A DNA stretch of 64,000 bases from Geosiphon pyriformis uo1. Taxonomy: Eukaryota > Fungi > Glomeromycota. This document shows, piece by piece, positions 52,354 through 64,000 of this stretch. The stretch is taken from NCBI GenBank assembly GCA_016748015.1, contig JAAOMT010000134.1, forward strand, positions 316,757 through 380,756, read 5' to 3'. The translations under genes and the position numbers were made by a program. The notes beneath the pieces were generated by a model. That model made no database searches, was not told the DNA's origin, and saw only the letters and a list, made by a program, of their open reading frames with translations. How positions within the stretch are numbered: the stretch's first letter is position 1; every line of letters starts with the position of its first letter.

Positions 52354-55300
52354 TTTTTTTTTATTAAGGTTTAATGAATAAAGCCTAACTGCTATCTAGT
52401 ACAGAAAACCAAACTAAATGAATTAAACTAAATGCAGTTTACACACTTTTTACATGTGGCCAGCCACTCGGACCAGTCAAAGTAACACTATGCATCTATC
52501 TTAATATACAAATTACCATCCAAACCAGAAAAAAAATGGCACAACCTACATCTACCAAAATTAACAGTGAAAGACTCTATTACACCAAGCATACAAACCA
52601 CCCTATCCGATAACAAAGACACTATACAATAAGACAAGCCCAATATCACACCATCATCATTAGCCAAACTGGCTTTTTTCATATCTACTTTATGCTTAAA
52701 TCTAACAAGTTATATCCTAGTGTGATATAATTCCACCACATACTTAACAAAACCCACCAAAGCTAGAGCAGCCTTTTTTCTACTCTCAAAAACCAGAGTA
52801 GTCTCAATAAGCCAACTTTTTAACACAAAGCCCTTATAAATTGCAGCATACAAACTCACATCCAAAGAACACGACGAAAGTGAATACAAGACAATTGAGC
52901 CAGGTGAGCAAAAAAAACCAGTCAAAAATATCTATTTATTAGCAGTCTCCACCAAGATCTCCTTCCAGAAAACAGTGTCCCCAGAACAAGTAAAAACATG
53001 ATCAGACAATTTCATCTCACTACACAGCAAACACAAAACTCCAAGATAATTCTTATCATACAACCTTTTTCTAACTGCCACTGACAGCTGTCTATGCACC
53101 GCTTTTATCAAATATGTGTGCAGATTAGCCAACCTCCTACTAGTAAACCCAGAAAGCATGTGTAAATTGGGATGCCAAACATCAGTAGTCACAATCTAGT
53201 CTACTTCCTTAAGCATAATACTTGGGATTACATCATAACCAGGACCAGCCTCCCAATAAGCATGGCAAATTGATTGGTATATATTGCAGACAAAATAATG
53301 GGTATTATTGGATACAGCAGTGCCTTCAGCAACCAGAAACCACTTCCAAATCCCAACCAGTAAAGTAAGAGAAGAGACAGTGGTCTTATTGGCTAATTCA
53401 TCAGCCTTAATATTGCCCAGAATCTCTGAATGTCCTTTAATTTTCATCTATTTAACTAAAATGTCCTTTTTTTTGATGAGATTAACAACATGCAATCACT
53501 CAATCCAACATTGACTGTGGAAATCAGGCATAGTTAAAGAAGTCTCAAACACATAGGCATCAATTGCAGATTGACTGTTCAAATACAGAGTTATATTATA
53601 TGAAGCTGGAACACACTTCAAAGCCAACAGTAAATCAAACACCCTAACCTTAATGCTCACATTAGCCACTGAAAAATAAGCTGCAGCCCCACAAGTCACT
53701 TTAGCAGAACCAGCACTCTTCAAAGGCCTATCTGTATAGACTTTAATATAATCTGACCAAACATCCAACAAACTGCTATGCACATCTAAAAATTCACTGA
53801 AATCCAAAACATTTAATACAGGCAGATTAAAACTGATAGCAGACCCAGCTTCCAAAGCAATGACATTATTCATGAACTTAAACACTAATGTAAACCAATA
53901 AAGAACAGGGCCTCTTGGATCCAGCCTCTTCCACTGCCGAAATGTTTTCCAATCCATCACCACACCCTTTTTGTCTAGAAGTCTGTTACCAAATGCAATC
54001 CCAAAATGCTTTAAAGAAAGGACAGAGTCATAATACATAGATTTTTCTAAGATATTGAATATTAGAAATTTACAAGACCCACGAAAAGCACTGGACAGAT
54101 TGTTCACCAAAGACAACTCATTCTCCAAAAAAATTCTTACAATTCTAGCCAAAAAATTGTTTATAGGACTGACACACAACTTGACAGGGAATTGCAAAAA
54201 GTTCAGAAGAAACCACTCCAGAACTTGTAGGTCTAAGAATCTATGCTCAAAAAGACACCCAAGAATACTACATTTATTGGAAAAGGAGACCAGAGAAGCT
54301 AGCTTCCCTTCAGACTGGATCTGCTCAAAAGGTTTCAAACCATATAAAGACAGATGATATAGGACCTCATTGGAAAAGTCATGTAACAAAGCAGCCTTGG
54401 CTTTGAGACTCTTTCAAATCATAACATCTCATTTATGACAAACATCTAATGAAACAAAACTAAACTGTATCCAATAGCCAACAATAGGTTGCAAAACAAC
54501 TGAAACCAAATAAAAAAATTGTTTATTCATAATAGCCTTTTTCAACATCATATTAGAAAAAAACTTGACATTCTTATGAGCCTGAGCCAAACTGGGCTTA
54601 AAAATACTCTCTGTAAACAAAAATATGCCCAAGTATCTATGAAATTCATTTTTCTTAGCAATTGAGATTAACAAACCATTAATCAGAAGTAAGACATCCT
54701 TGACACCTTGATTAATGAGAATAGCCACCGTTTTGTCATTATTAATTAAAATATCATTGATAATAAAGAACTCACTAGCAATATTCAAAATATACTGTGT
54801 CAAAGCTTGACTACTCTTGACCCAAATTGTGCCATCAACAAATGCACTTGCAGCCAAAAAAGAAGTCTTCTTTCTAACAGTCTCAACTCTGTCTGTCCTA
54901 GCTACAAACTGGATATCAATATAATAGCTGCACAAATGTTCATGCCTTTTGACCTCACATAAAAGTGGATCATAGAAAATCCTCTAAAGAAATGGGAAAA
55001 AAACCTTGCTTTGATCCAAACCATTATGTATCTTATAACCATTTAAAAGACCAAAATCCATCATTACCCTATTAATTTGACTTTCATGAATGCCACCAAA
55101 GAAGCTGATAAACTAACTGCATATTTTAATATGGCACAAACTAGTCTACAAATTATACCAGCCCACTGAGTTATAAGCTTTGTGCATGTTTTGCAAAACC
55201 AGCCAAAGTTCTTTATTCTTTTTCAAAGCATCCCTCACTATTGACCCAACAGCAAAAATAGGAGATTGAGTTGAAATGCCCTTTAATACCAAAAAGTTAT

Positions 55301-56866
55301 CACCACAAAGAACATTAAATTTGTTATAAGCTGATGAAATTTGATCAGATAAGATTTTGGACAAGATTTTCTGAGCTGTTTCAATTAAAATAATAAGTCT
55401 AGTATTTATCAACACACTATTCTATTCATAAGGCTTGGGAATTATTGATACCTATGTTTTCCTCCAAGATATAGGAGTCACACTCAGTATTAAACATGAA
55501 TTTAGCAGCTTCAAGAGAAAAGCCAGAACCTCTACACCACAATGTTTTCAGAACTCATTAGGTATTCTTGACAACCCAGCAGCCTTTTTATTTGGCAGAT
55601 TGCCAACAACTAAGGACAATTTCTCCATGTTAATCTCCTTCATTACACCAAAAAAAGCACAATCATCAACATAGTTTAAAGACATATACTGATAAGACCA
55701 AAGATCAGGCATCTGTGAGAGCATTAACTGCTTTCTTATCTACTCTTTCATAATCTTATTAACTTTAAGCTTGATTTCACCAGGCTCAATTACCAACTTA
55801 TTATCTACCACTAAGTGATTCAAAACGACCTTGCAAAATAGATGCTCCAAAACACTTTTTATTATCCTTCCTTTGTCAGAACAGAAATTCTCCATATAAT
55901 AATTAATAGTCTTTTTAATAGCAGCATCCTCAGATGCTCTTGACTCATAATATTTAGACTTCCAATATTCTTTCTTCACAATTAACAAATGTTTCAACAA
56001 CTTTGATAGACCAGCACCATTTAGAACCAACCCAGCAAGCTTAGATGTCTTTTCATTATCAACAGCTGACCAAACTTTGACAAACCTGTCAGATTCCAAA
56101 AGATCTCCAGAACTAAAAGCTTTTATAATTCTTGAAACAAGCAGCTTTAGTTTGAAGAACTTTGAAGATTGTCTGTTTTTTGAGCAATCATATTCACTAA
56201 ACCAATGTCTGGAAAAAATCACATCAGCAGCATGCACTAAAATTTTTCTCAACACCTTTCACATTGCATCCAGGTTACTGTTGTTCTTCACTTCTTGAAA
56301 CTTAGTTGAATATGTTAGCAATCCAGCCAAAAAAAGCTTCTTAAAGTGCACCCATTGTGTCTTATTGGCATTCTCCAACTTAAATTTCTATCAGTCCTTA
56401 TTGGCTTGTTTGCGAGCACTGTTAAGATGAGTGTCTAGAAGTCTACTCAAACCAACTAAAACTGAAATTGATTTATGATCTGTATTAAAAAATTTTAACA
56501 TATCATTGACAATATACAATACCACTGCAGACGCCAGATTACTACTCACAAAAATGAAGTCAATAACTTTTAAAATGCCTCTAGAATTGTCCCAAGTAGA
56601 AGTCTTGACTAAAGAATGTTCTTGAAATAAGTTAACTAACTCTATGTCTAAACAAAACTTATAACTGGCACTTTTTTTAGACCCATTCTCATTAAAGTCC
56701 CCACCCAAAACAACAAAGCTGCTAGAATTAACTGCCTTAGCTATGAGAGAGTTGATCTCTGAGACCAGCCCAAATCTAATCTCAGCAGATGTACCAGCAT
56801 ATAAACCCAAAAATATAACTAAAATTTTGCATTTAAAGAGAAACCGAACCAAAATAAGATGACCAG
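52354..56866 (-). mobile_element. LINE ORF2 pseudogene: APE endonuclease, RT, RNase H, C-terminal CCHC, poly(A) tail
   Basis: VVLGGDFNE, IDFIF, TDH (EN); KAYNSV, AFVDGT (RT); VYTD, NSQSAID, KGHS..GN..ADELA (RH); CLLC..HVFTC; T9 at 52354-52362. Confidence 0.92.
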
Positions 56867-57767
56867 TGTTACTCATAGAAATATAGGAAATATATTAGCA
56901 TGATTATTAGCCAATCAGAAGTAGGCATAGTAAATGTGGAATTCCAGGATTCTTCTCAGGAATTGCAAGATTTCAAGAATTTCAGGATTCTCCAATGAGG
57001 AATTGCAGGATTCCAGAATTCCAGAATTCCTCTCATAGGAATCGCAAGATTTCAGGAATTCCAGGATTCCTGTCATGAAGAATCGAGGAATTGAGGAATC
57101 TCAATTATGTATATATAGCAGTAGTATTAGAAACAGAAAAAACAGAATTGATAAGACAGAATTTTTAGTCCAGAACAGAAATCATCAAATAAATAAATAT
57201 TTCATATCTCAAAACCACTCTCCACTATCAATACTTTATGTTGATAGTAATTGATACTTAACCACATTGGAACAATAGCTCTTTATCACGGCTATTAATG
57301 AGATACTAACAAATTGCCTTGGCTTATTTTCTCTATTTTCTTTATTTTTATTTTTCTTTATTTTATTTTCTTTCTTTCTGTGATTTTGTTGTTGTATACT
57401 AATTGATTAAAAAGATTAAGCACTGGGTTATCAATGTCAAAGATAGTCTGGTAAAAGACCCAGAAATAAGGGTAGGATTTTATATATTATTAGATAACTT
57501 ACTAGAAGGGCACGACTACCAGACTAAATCCAGCCACCATGCTGAGAAAGAAATTGGGAAAACTCTTGGAAAGATACATCTACTATCAACACTATTGAAT
57601 CTCTGTCTATTATACAAAGGACTCCATCAAAACCTTCAGATACAACACCTTTAGATACAAAATCTTCAAATATAACACTTATAGAATATCATCAATGGAA
57701 ATAGCTTTCAAGTACCAAGTTACAGATTTGTTATTTAATTCAACAGCAGAAATAATCACCTATAACA
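56867..57767 (+). repeat. 5' LTR of F: CCAAT (~56911), GGAATTCC array (~56938-57070), TATATATAG (~57110)
   Basis: TGTTAC..ATAACA; homologous to the E LTRs. Confidence 0.9.
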
Positions 57768-57829
57768 TTTGGTGCTCCTTGTGAGATATAATCCTACAGA
57801 GAACCAGCACCAACAACACCAAACCAAAA

Positions 57830-60800
57830 GTGGCAGAATCAGAAATAATAGAGACAAACCATCTAGGATTTGTAAAATTCTTATTTCAACAGTACAGCCA
57901 GCAGCTAGACCTAACCAACAACCATTACCCAGCAAAATCAGCTTTTAACTTTTACGTCAACGAAAGAATCACAGATTTTCTAGGAAGACCAGTTGACATT
58001 GAATCAGCAAGAGAAAATTTCTATTCGGAACTAATTCAACACACCAACTTACTCAGAAATCACAGCTTTGCACTTATCATCAAAGAAATCAACCAAGAAA
58101 TTGAAAAATATACACAAAAAACATTCCCTATTACTTACCAGGACAAAGGCAAAGGAAAACTACAGACACCAGCAATAATACCCAAAGGAATACAAATTCC
58201 TAACTGAAAGAAACAAAGAATTGAATTTCCAATATACCTATCATATTATTACATGCCTGGAAGTACCATCAACATTGTATCAGCAGACGCGTTTACCAAT
58301 ACAAAGATGCCATTAGTAAAAATCGTGTTTCAGAGTAAACAAAAGAAAAACAAACTATTAGTAGCATACAGCGATTATTTTGAAGGATTCAAATTGAGAT
58401 CACCAATACTATCAGGATTTTGATTACCACCTCATCAGCCAGATTTTGGAACTGTTAGTCCCTGGAAAATTACTGAATCAGAAGAAGAAGAAGACAAGGA
58501 TCAGGAATTCAATTACCAAAACCCAATCCTAGAAGACCAGAACATTCAAACTCAGCAACATTTAGAAAATTCAGAAATCGAAACACCAAATATTCGAACC
58601 TCACCAAATCAAAGAAATCAAAACCCCGAGTTAATTCATCAGCAAAATCTATCTCCAGTTATTGTTGTTGATCAACCACCAATCAAGCTGATTGGTGAGC
58701 CAATTCAACCACCTCCAGTACTACCCCAACAACCATTACTTCTTCAACAACCACTTCAACAGCCATCACAACCACCCAACTTAGATCCAATAGCCTACAC
58801 ACCAATTGCAAAACTTGACAACTTTACCAGCAAAGAGGATGATGCTTAAGTATGGCTGAATAATGTAGAAAAAGCCATCGCAGCCAACAGATGAAATGAC
58901 GCCTGGACAATACAAGCCATTTCCTACTTTTTCAAGGATACTGCTGATTCATAATACCAAAGCTTGATTAATAAACCACAAGATTTTAATGCCTTTAAAG
59001 TGGAATTCCTAAGATACTTCAGCAACAATAACAGCATCAATTGCCTAGTCAACACATTCACCACCATGAAACAAAGAGAAACTGAAACAGTCACCACTTA
59101 CCTGGAATGCTTCCATTGAAATCTGCGCCAAATTCAAGCAATTGATGCCAATTACTTCACAGCACCACAGATCCTCAACCAGTTTATCCATGGCCTGCAC
59201 AGTAGCATCCTGCAACATGTATGTCTGTTGCATCCAGACACACTTCAAGATGCAGTCACATGCGCTAGAGATTTTGAATCCACTGAGTCAGAGGCCAACC
59301 ATGCCCAAGCTGTTAATCTAATAATGAATGGATCATCTGAATTGGATTTCAAATTGAAGAAGTTCAGTGAAACAATTAATAAGAGATTAGAAGGATACTT
59401 AGCTGACAATCACACCATTTATCAGTCTCTACAATGACACAATAATCAAGAAAACTCTATTCATGGCCAAAATCAACCATATTCATCTTCATCAACAAAT
59501 CAATAGTGGCAACAGAAAACGCGTATCTGCCACTATTGTGGTAAACAAAGACATATTCAAATTGACTGCCACCAGCGTTTAAATAACCAACAATTAGGAA
59601 ATCAATATCGAAACCCTGATCGCCAGTTCTCAACTCCAAATCATCAATCCAATTCAACACAATATCAAACTACTTACCTGCCAATGACGCAGCAATCAAT
59701 TTATCAACCACCAGTATATCAAGTGCCAATTTATCAATCAATGGCCCCAATTTATTAGCCACAGCCACAGGTAATGTATCAACCACAACCGCCAACAATC
59801 TATCAACCCCAAACAATTCAGACCCCACCACAAAACTTACCAGCCAGCAGAGTCCAAAGGCCGAGAATCATGCAGCAAAACTGGAAATCATTGATAGTAG
59901 TTTATCAGCCAATCCCCAGTTCTGTCAGCCAAACAGGATCTCGTCAACGGAATTCAGGCACTGGGAATCCCCAAAACCTGAATTCTCAGAACTATTTAAG
60001 TCTTCTAGTTATTCCAGAAGATGCCTTACCCAGCAACCAGAAATCCACCCAAAAACAACAAACATGTATCAGCAATATTCTGCCAGCAACAGTCACCAAT
60101 GACAAATTACTGGACGCCATTTTTTCATTTGAACTCGAGGAACTGTCAAACACGCCATTATTTAGTGGAGCTGTACTGGAAGAAAAGCCAATTACCACTA
60201 TGTACACTGATGCAAAAATTGATGGCCATCACATCAAACTAATTCTTAACAGTGGTTCAGCAGGCAGCATTATCACATGACAACTCATAGATTAATTAGG
60301 TTGCCAAGTTGATCGAGCTGCTAGCGCCAGAATTATCATGGCTAATGGAGTGACCATGACTTCAATTGGCAAAATTGATGACTTACCAATTGAAATTAAT
60401 GGCATCATAGTACCAATCAAAGTATTCATTATGGAAGCCACCCAATACCAAGCTCTAGTTGGTAATAACTGGCTGTCCAAAACAAACACCACTCTGAACT
60501 GGAATACACAAGAGCTCCAACTCAGCCAGAATGGGCGACACATGCGCATACCAGCAACATGTGGCCACTTCAAGACTACCAACACCACGGCACCACTAAT
60601 CGACTTCAAGAAAAAAAAACCAAAACCTACCTGGGAAGCCTATCAAGTGTCATGGGCTGATGAAGAACACAATGAGCTGCCACCAATACTCTCTTGGGAC
60701 AACAACAGGAAAGGAAAGCAGACAAACAAACTTACCTGGAAAACTGACGATCTGACTTGGACTGACAACAAACAAGAAGAAGCCTCCAGTTGGGAATGGA

Positions 60801-63800
60801 ATGAAGATAAGGGAAAAGGAAAAGAAAAGAAAGAAGGAATACCACCAACCACCACCATTTATAATTTCTACACTCACTACACTCCACAACAATCCAATTA
60901 TCAATGGCCAAGACTTGTGTGCATCGATTGCGGCAAGAAACTGTCATCAATAGGCACATGTTGTGGTGACGATGAGGAATACCACACTGCAATAAAGTTC
61001 TACTGTCATCCATGCTTATTCAAATGCTTTGGATGACCAAAGAGGCAAGAAAAATGGGATAGCCAACCTTGTTTCACTTGTGAGAAGACCCTGCTAGATA
61101 AAGGAATGTGGAATGACATTCTGGAGAGAGGAGGAATGTGCAATGTGTCCTGCCAATACACGATTCTTATCAATGATGGGATCGAGAAAGGAACACCCAT
61201 AGAAGCCACCTGAAGAAGAGCTGTATAGCAATTGGACAGTTGTCCACATGATGACAATGAATTATGGCAGATGGCAACCACCAAAATTGAAGGTGCATTG
61301 CCAGAAGAAATCAGAACAATTAAAAACAACTTACCAGAATCCATCAAGCTTGACTGGAACACAGAACCAGTCATAAATTTTCTGGAACCAGAAGAGTTCC
61401 ATGAACATTACCAAAACTTGGTACTCACTAAAAAGGAACAAAAACAATGGCTAGCACAATTGAATACAAGACTGTGTTGCCATTGTTTAATTCTCAGTAA
61501 CTTTGAATATTGTGATGATTGTGATCTCATTTACAATCCACCACCACACATGATCTACACGATTCCTAAAGAAGAAGAACCAATCAGCAGCTGTGCATCG
61601 GAATCAGAATCACTGATCAATCACGATCTAGACTCTGACGACGACAACAAAAACACTGGTTCCAGCTCCATTCAAAATGACAATAACAACAAAGACAATT
61701 CAAACTCAGATTTAAATTATGAACAATACATTGCACTACCAGATCTTTTCAAAGAACAAGAGTTGAAATGATATAATAACAATGAGAAATGTATTATGCC
61801 AGAATGTGTGCATGATACTGATGCAGGATTTGATCTGAGATATCCAAAAACAGAAGCCATCAAATTAGAACTACATACGCACACCTGTATCGATTTGAAA
61901 ATAGCACTGGAAATTCCAGCAACAACAATGGTTCAATTAGCATCTAGAAGTAGTCTAGTGAAAAGAAGGATTAATATAAGAGGAGGAATAATTGACACGA
62001 GATATATAGAAAATATCATCACTATGCTACAAAATGACTCAGAAAAGACCTATATAATAGAACCCAACAAAAAAATAGCACAGGCAATATTCCTACCTCT
62101 GGTTAGAGTAGCTCAGTTAGTATCAATGAGAAAGAGGAAGGAACTAGGAATAACAGTGAAAAAAATACAAGGATTCGGATTAATGGGTAGAATAGATGTA
62201 CCAGTTAATATGGCAGAGAAAAAAATTGTTGGCCAAGGAGAAATTATCTCAACCAGTCAAGCTATTTCCATTTCATCATATAACCAGTACATGCTAGCAA
62301 TAGAAAAGAAGAGAAAAGACCAAGCACAAATTTTTGAAGCAAAAGCCAGTCTTTGTGAATCAGGAGAGGTTGGACTCATCAATCTCCACATACCAGCCAA
62401 AAATTACAGCCACATCAAAATTCCCATCTACAACAATATAAGAAATGTCATAGAAATACCAACTGGAACCATTATTAGATACTTAAACACTGAAATGAAA
62501 GATCAACCACCAAATCCCATTCCAGACTTTCCACAACTTTGTGGATATGTTGATATCACATCACAAACAATATATAGACGAAGTGAATGTTATTTGCTCC
62601 AACCAGAACAATTGGAACAAATGAACATGGGAAACTTAGATCCACTCCAACATATGCAACTCAAGATGTTGCTCAACCAGTTCAATGACATCTTTGCCAG
62701 CAAAAATGAGTTTGGCCAAACTGACATCATTCAGCATCAGATCAATACTGGAGATATAATGCCCATCAAACAGTGAACATACAGAGTACCACCAGCCAGC
62801 CATGAAATCATTTGTCAAGAGATCTACCGAATGCTTAACAATAGGTTAATTCAGCCATCAATGAGCCCATGGTTGTTATCAATAGTACTTGTCCGAAAGA
62901 AGAATGGAAAAATCTGATTTTGTGTGGACTACAGAAAACTAAATAGTGTAACTTGTGGAGACAGCTATCCAACTTCACAGATACAAGAACTATTTGATGC
63001 TTTTGGCAGGAACAAGTGGTTCTCAACATTAGACTTGGACAGTGGTTATTGGCAAGTGGCCATAGATCCAGCCGACAAAGAGAAGACAGCATTCACTATG
63101 AGAGAAGAGAATTTTGAATTTGAAATAATACCCTTCAGCTTAACCAATGTCCCAGCCACTTTCCAATGACTAATAGAAATTGTTTATACTGGCTTATTGT
63201 GAAAATCAGTAGTTGTATACTTGGATGACACCAACATATTCTCAAAAACATTTGATGATCATCTTTATTATCTTCAACAAGTGTTTGAAAGACTGAGAAG
63301 AGCAGGACTAAAGTTAAATGCAACAAAGTGCTTCTTTAACAAGACAGAACTAAAATTCTTGGGACACATAGTCAGCAAAGATGGCATCAAAATGAATCCA
63401 GAGAAAATAGAGATAGTAAAGAACTTTCCAGTACCAACCAATGTGACTGAATTGAAATCATTCTTGGGATTTGCAAGCTACTATTGATGCTTTATAAAGA
63501 ACTTTTCAAAGATAGCTCAACTGCTCAATAATCTGCAAACCAAGAATACCAAATATAAATGAACAGAAAGTCAACAAAAAGCTTTTGATATTCTGAAAAG
63601 AAAGCTTATTCAAGCTCCAGTACTAATCTACCCAGATCACAACAAACCATTCATCATCACCACTGATGCATCTGGCCAAGCATTGGGAGCAGTACTATCT
63701 CAGAAGGGACCAAACGGCAGAGAACATCCAGTAGCATATGCCAGCCAAGGTCTAACACCAGCCGAAAAAAACTATAGAACACCCAAATTAGAACATTTAG

Positions 63801-64000
63801 CAATCTATTGGGCAGTCATGAAGTGGAATAAATACTTGAGCCAAAAGTTTGCTATATATACAGATCATAAAGGGTTAACATCACTTCAAAAGCAAGAATT
63901 TGATAACAGCTGCCAGTTCAGATAGAAAATGGCACTATTACAATATACTTATACTATACACTATAAGAAAGGAAAAGACAACGGAAATGCTGATGGTTTG
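57830..64000 (+). pseudogene. gag-pol: F single-frame gag-pol pseudogene through RNase H
   Basis: Track ORFs at 57830, 59228, 59774, 60338, 61232, 61796, 62924, 63221 and 63683 all share one frame. CHYCGKQRHIQIDC, LILNSGSAG, YLDD, TDASG. Confidence 0.93.
61796..62191 (+). pseudogene. dut: dUTPase domain of F
   Basis: AGFDL, ASRSSL, GGIIDTRY, KIAQAIF, QGFG are the five trimeric dUTPase motifs. Confidence 0.9.

Larger units (their letters stand above)
56867..64000 (+). mobile_element. Ty3/Gypsy element F (E subfamily) inserted in the LINE endonuclease; runs off the window
   Basis: 5' LTR 56867-57767, PBS 57770-57786, preceded by CCAG. Confidence 0.92.

Noticed and set aside
57403-57654. ORF inside the LTR U5 (83 aa)
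   Set aside because: No ATG start, the frame differs between subfamilies and it is not continuous with gag. Conservation is better explained by RNA structure.
1-64000. Intact host genes, tRNA or rRNA genes
   Set aside because: All sequence except a ~40-bp spacer is assigned to retroelements; the tRNA-like matches are only 17-nt PBSs.

Overview
AT-rich eukaryotic DNA made almost entirely of decayed retroelements, with no host gene. It is probably fungal; a Glomeromycotina/Geosiphon-like origin is my recollection-based guess and is unverified. I resolved a nested insertion stack from LTR termini (TGTTA..TAACA), PBS, PPT and 4-bp TSDs. A (+) LINE is split by Ty3/Gypsy element A (1226-51022). 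A carries element B (3160-21717, -), solo LTR S2 (22233-23315) and element D (26595-46750, +). B carries element C (7020-16884, -) and solo LTR S1 (18780-19754). D carries element E (27766-37886, -). A second LINE (52354-56866, -; APE endonuclease-RT-RNase H-CCHC) sits tail-to-tail with the first and is interrupted by element F (56867 to window end, +). A/C/D/E/F form one ~10 kb family with an unusually elaborate layout. The LTR leader is structured, with compensatory base changes. The single Gag-Pol frame apparently starts at GUG and runs N-terminal domain-CA-CCHC-PR-Cys-rich domain-dUTPase-RT-RH-IN. A separate conserved ~210-codon ORF3 lies between integrase and the PPT. B is a second family without dUTPase but with an ORF3-like frame. 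All copies are inactivated mainly by C>T/G>A transitions with few indels, and insertion sites are biased to CCRN.
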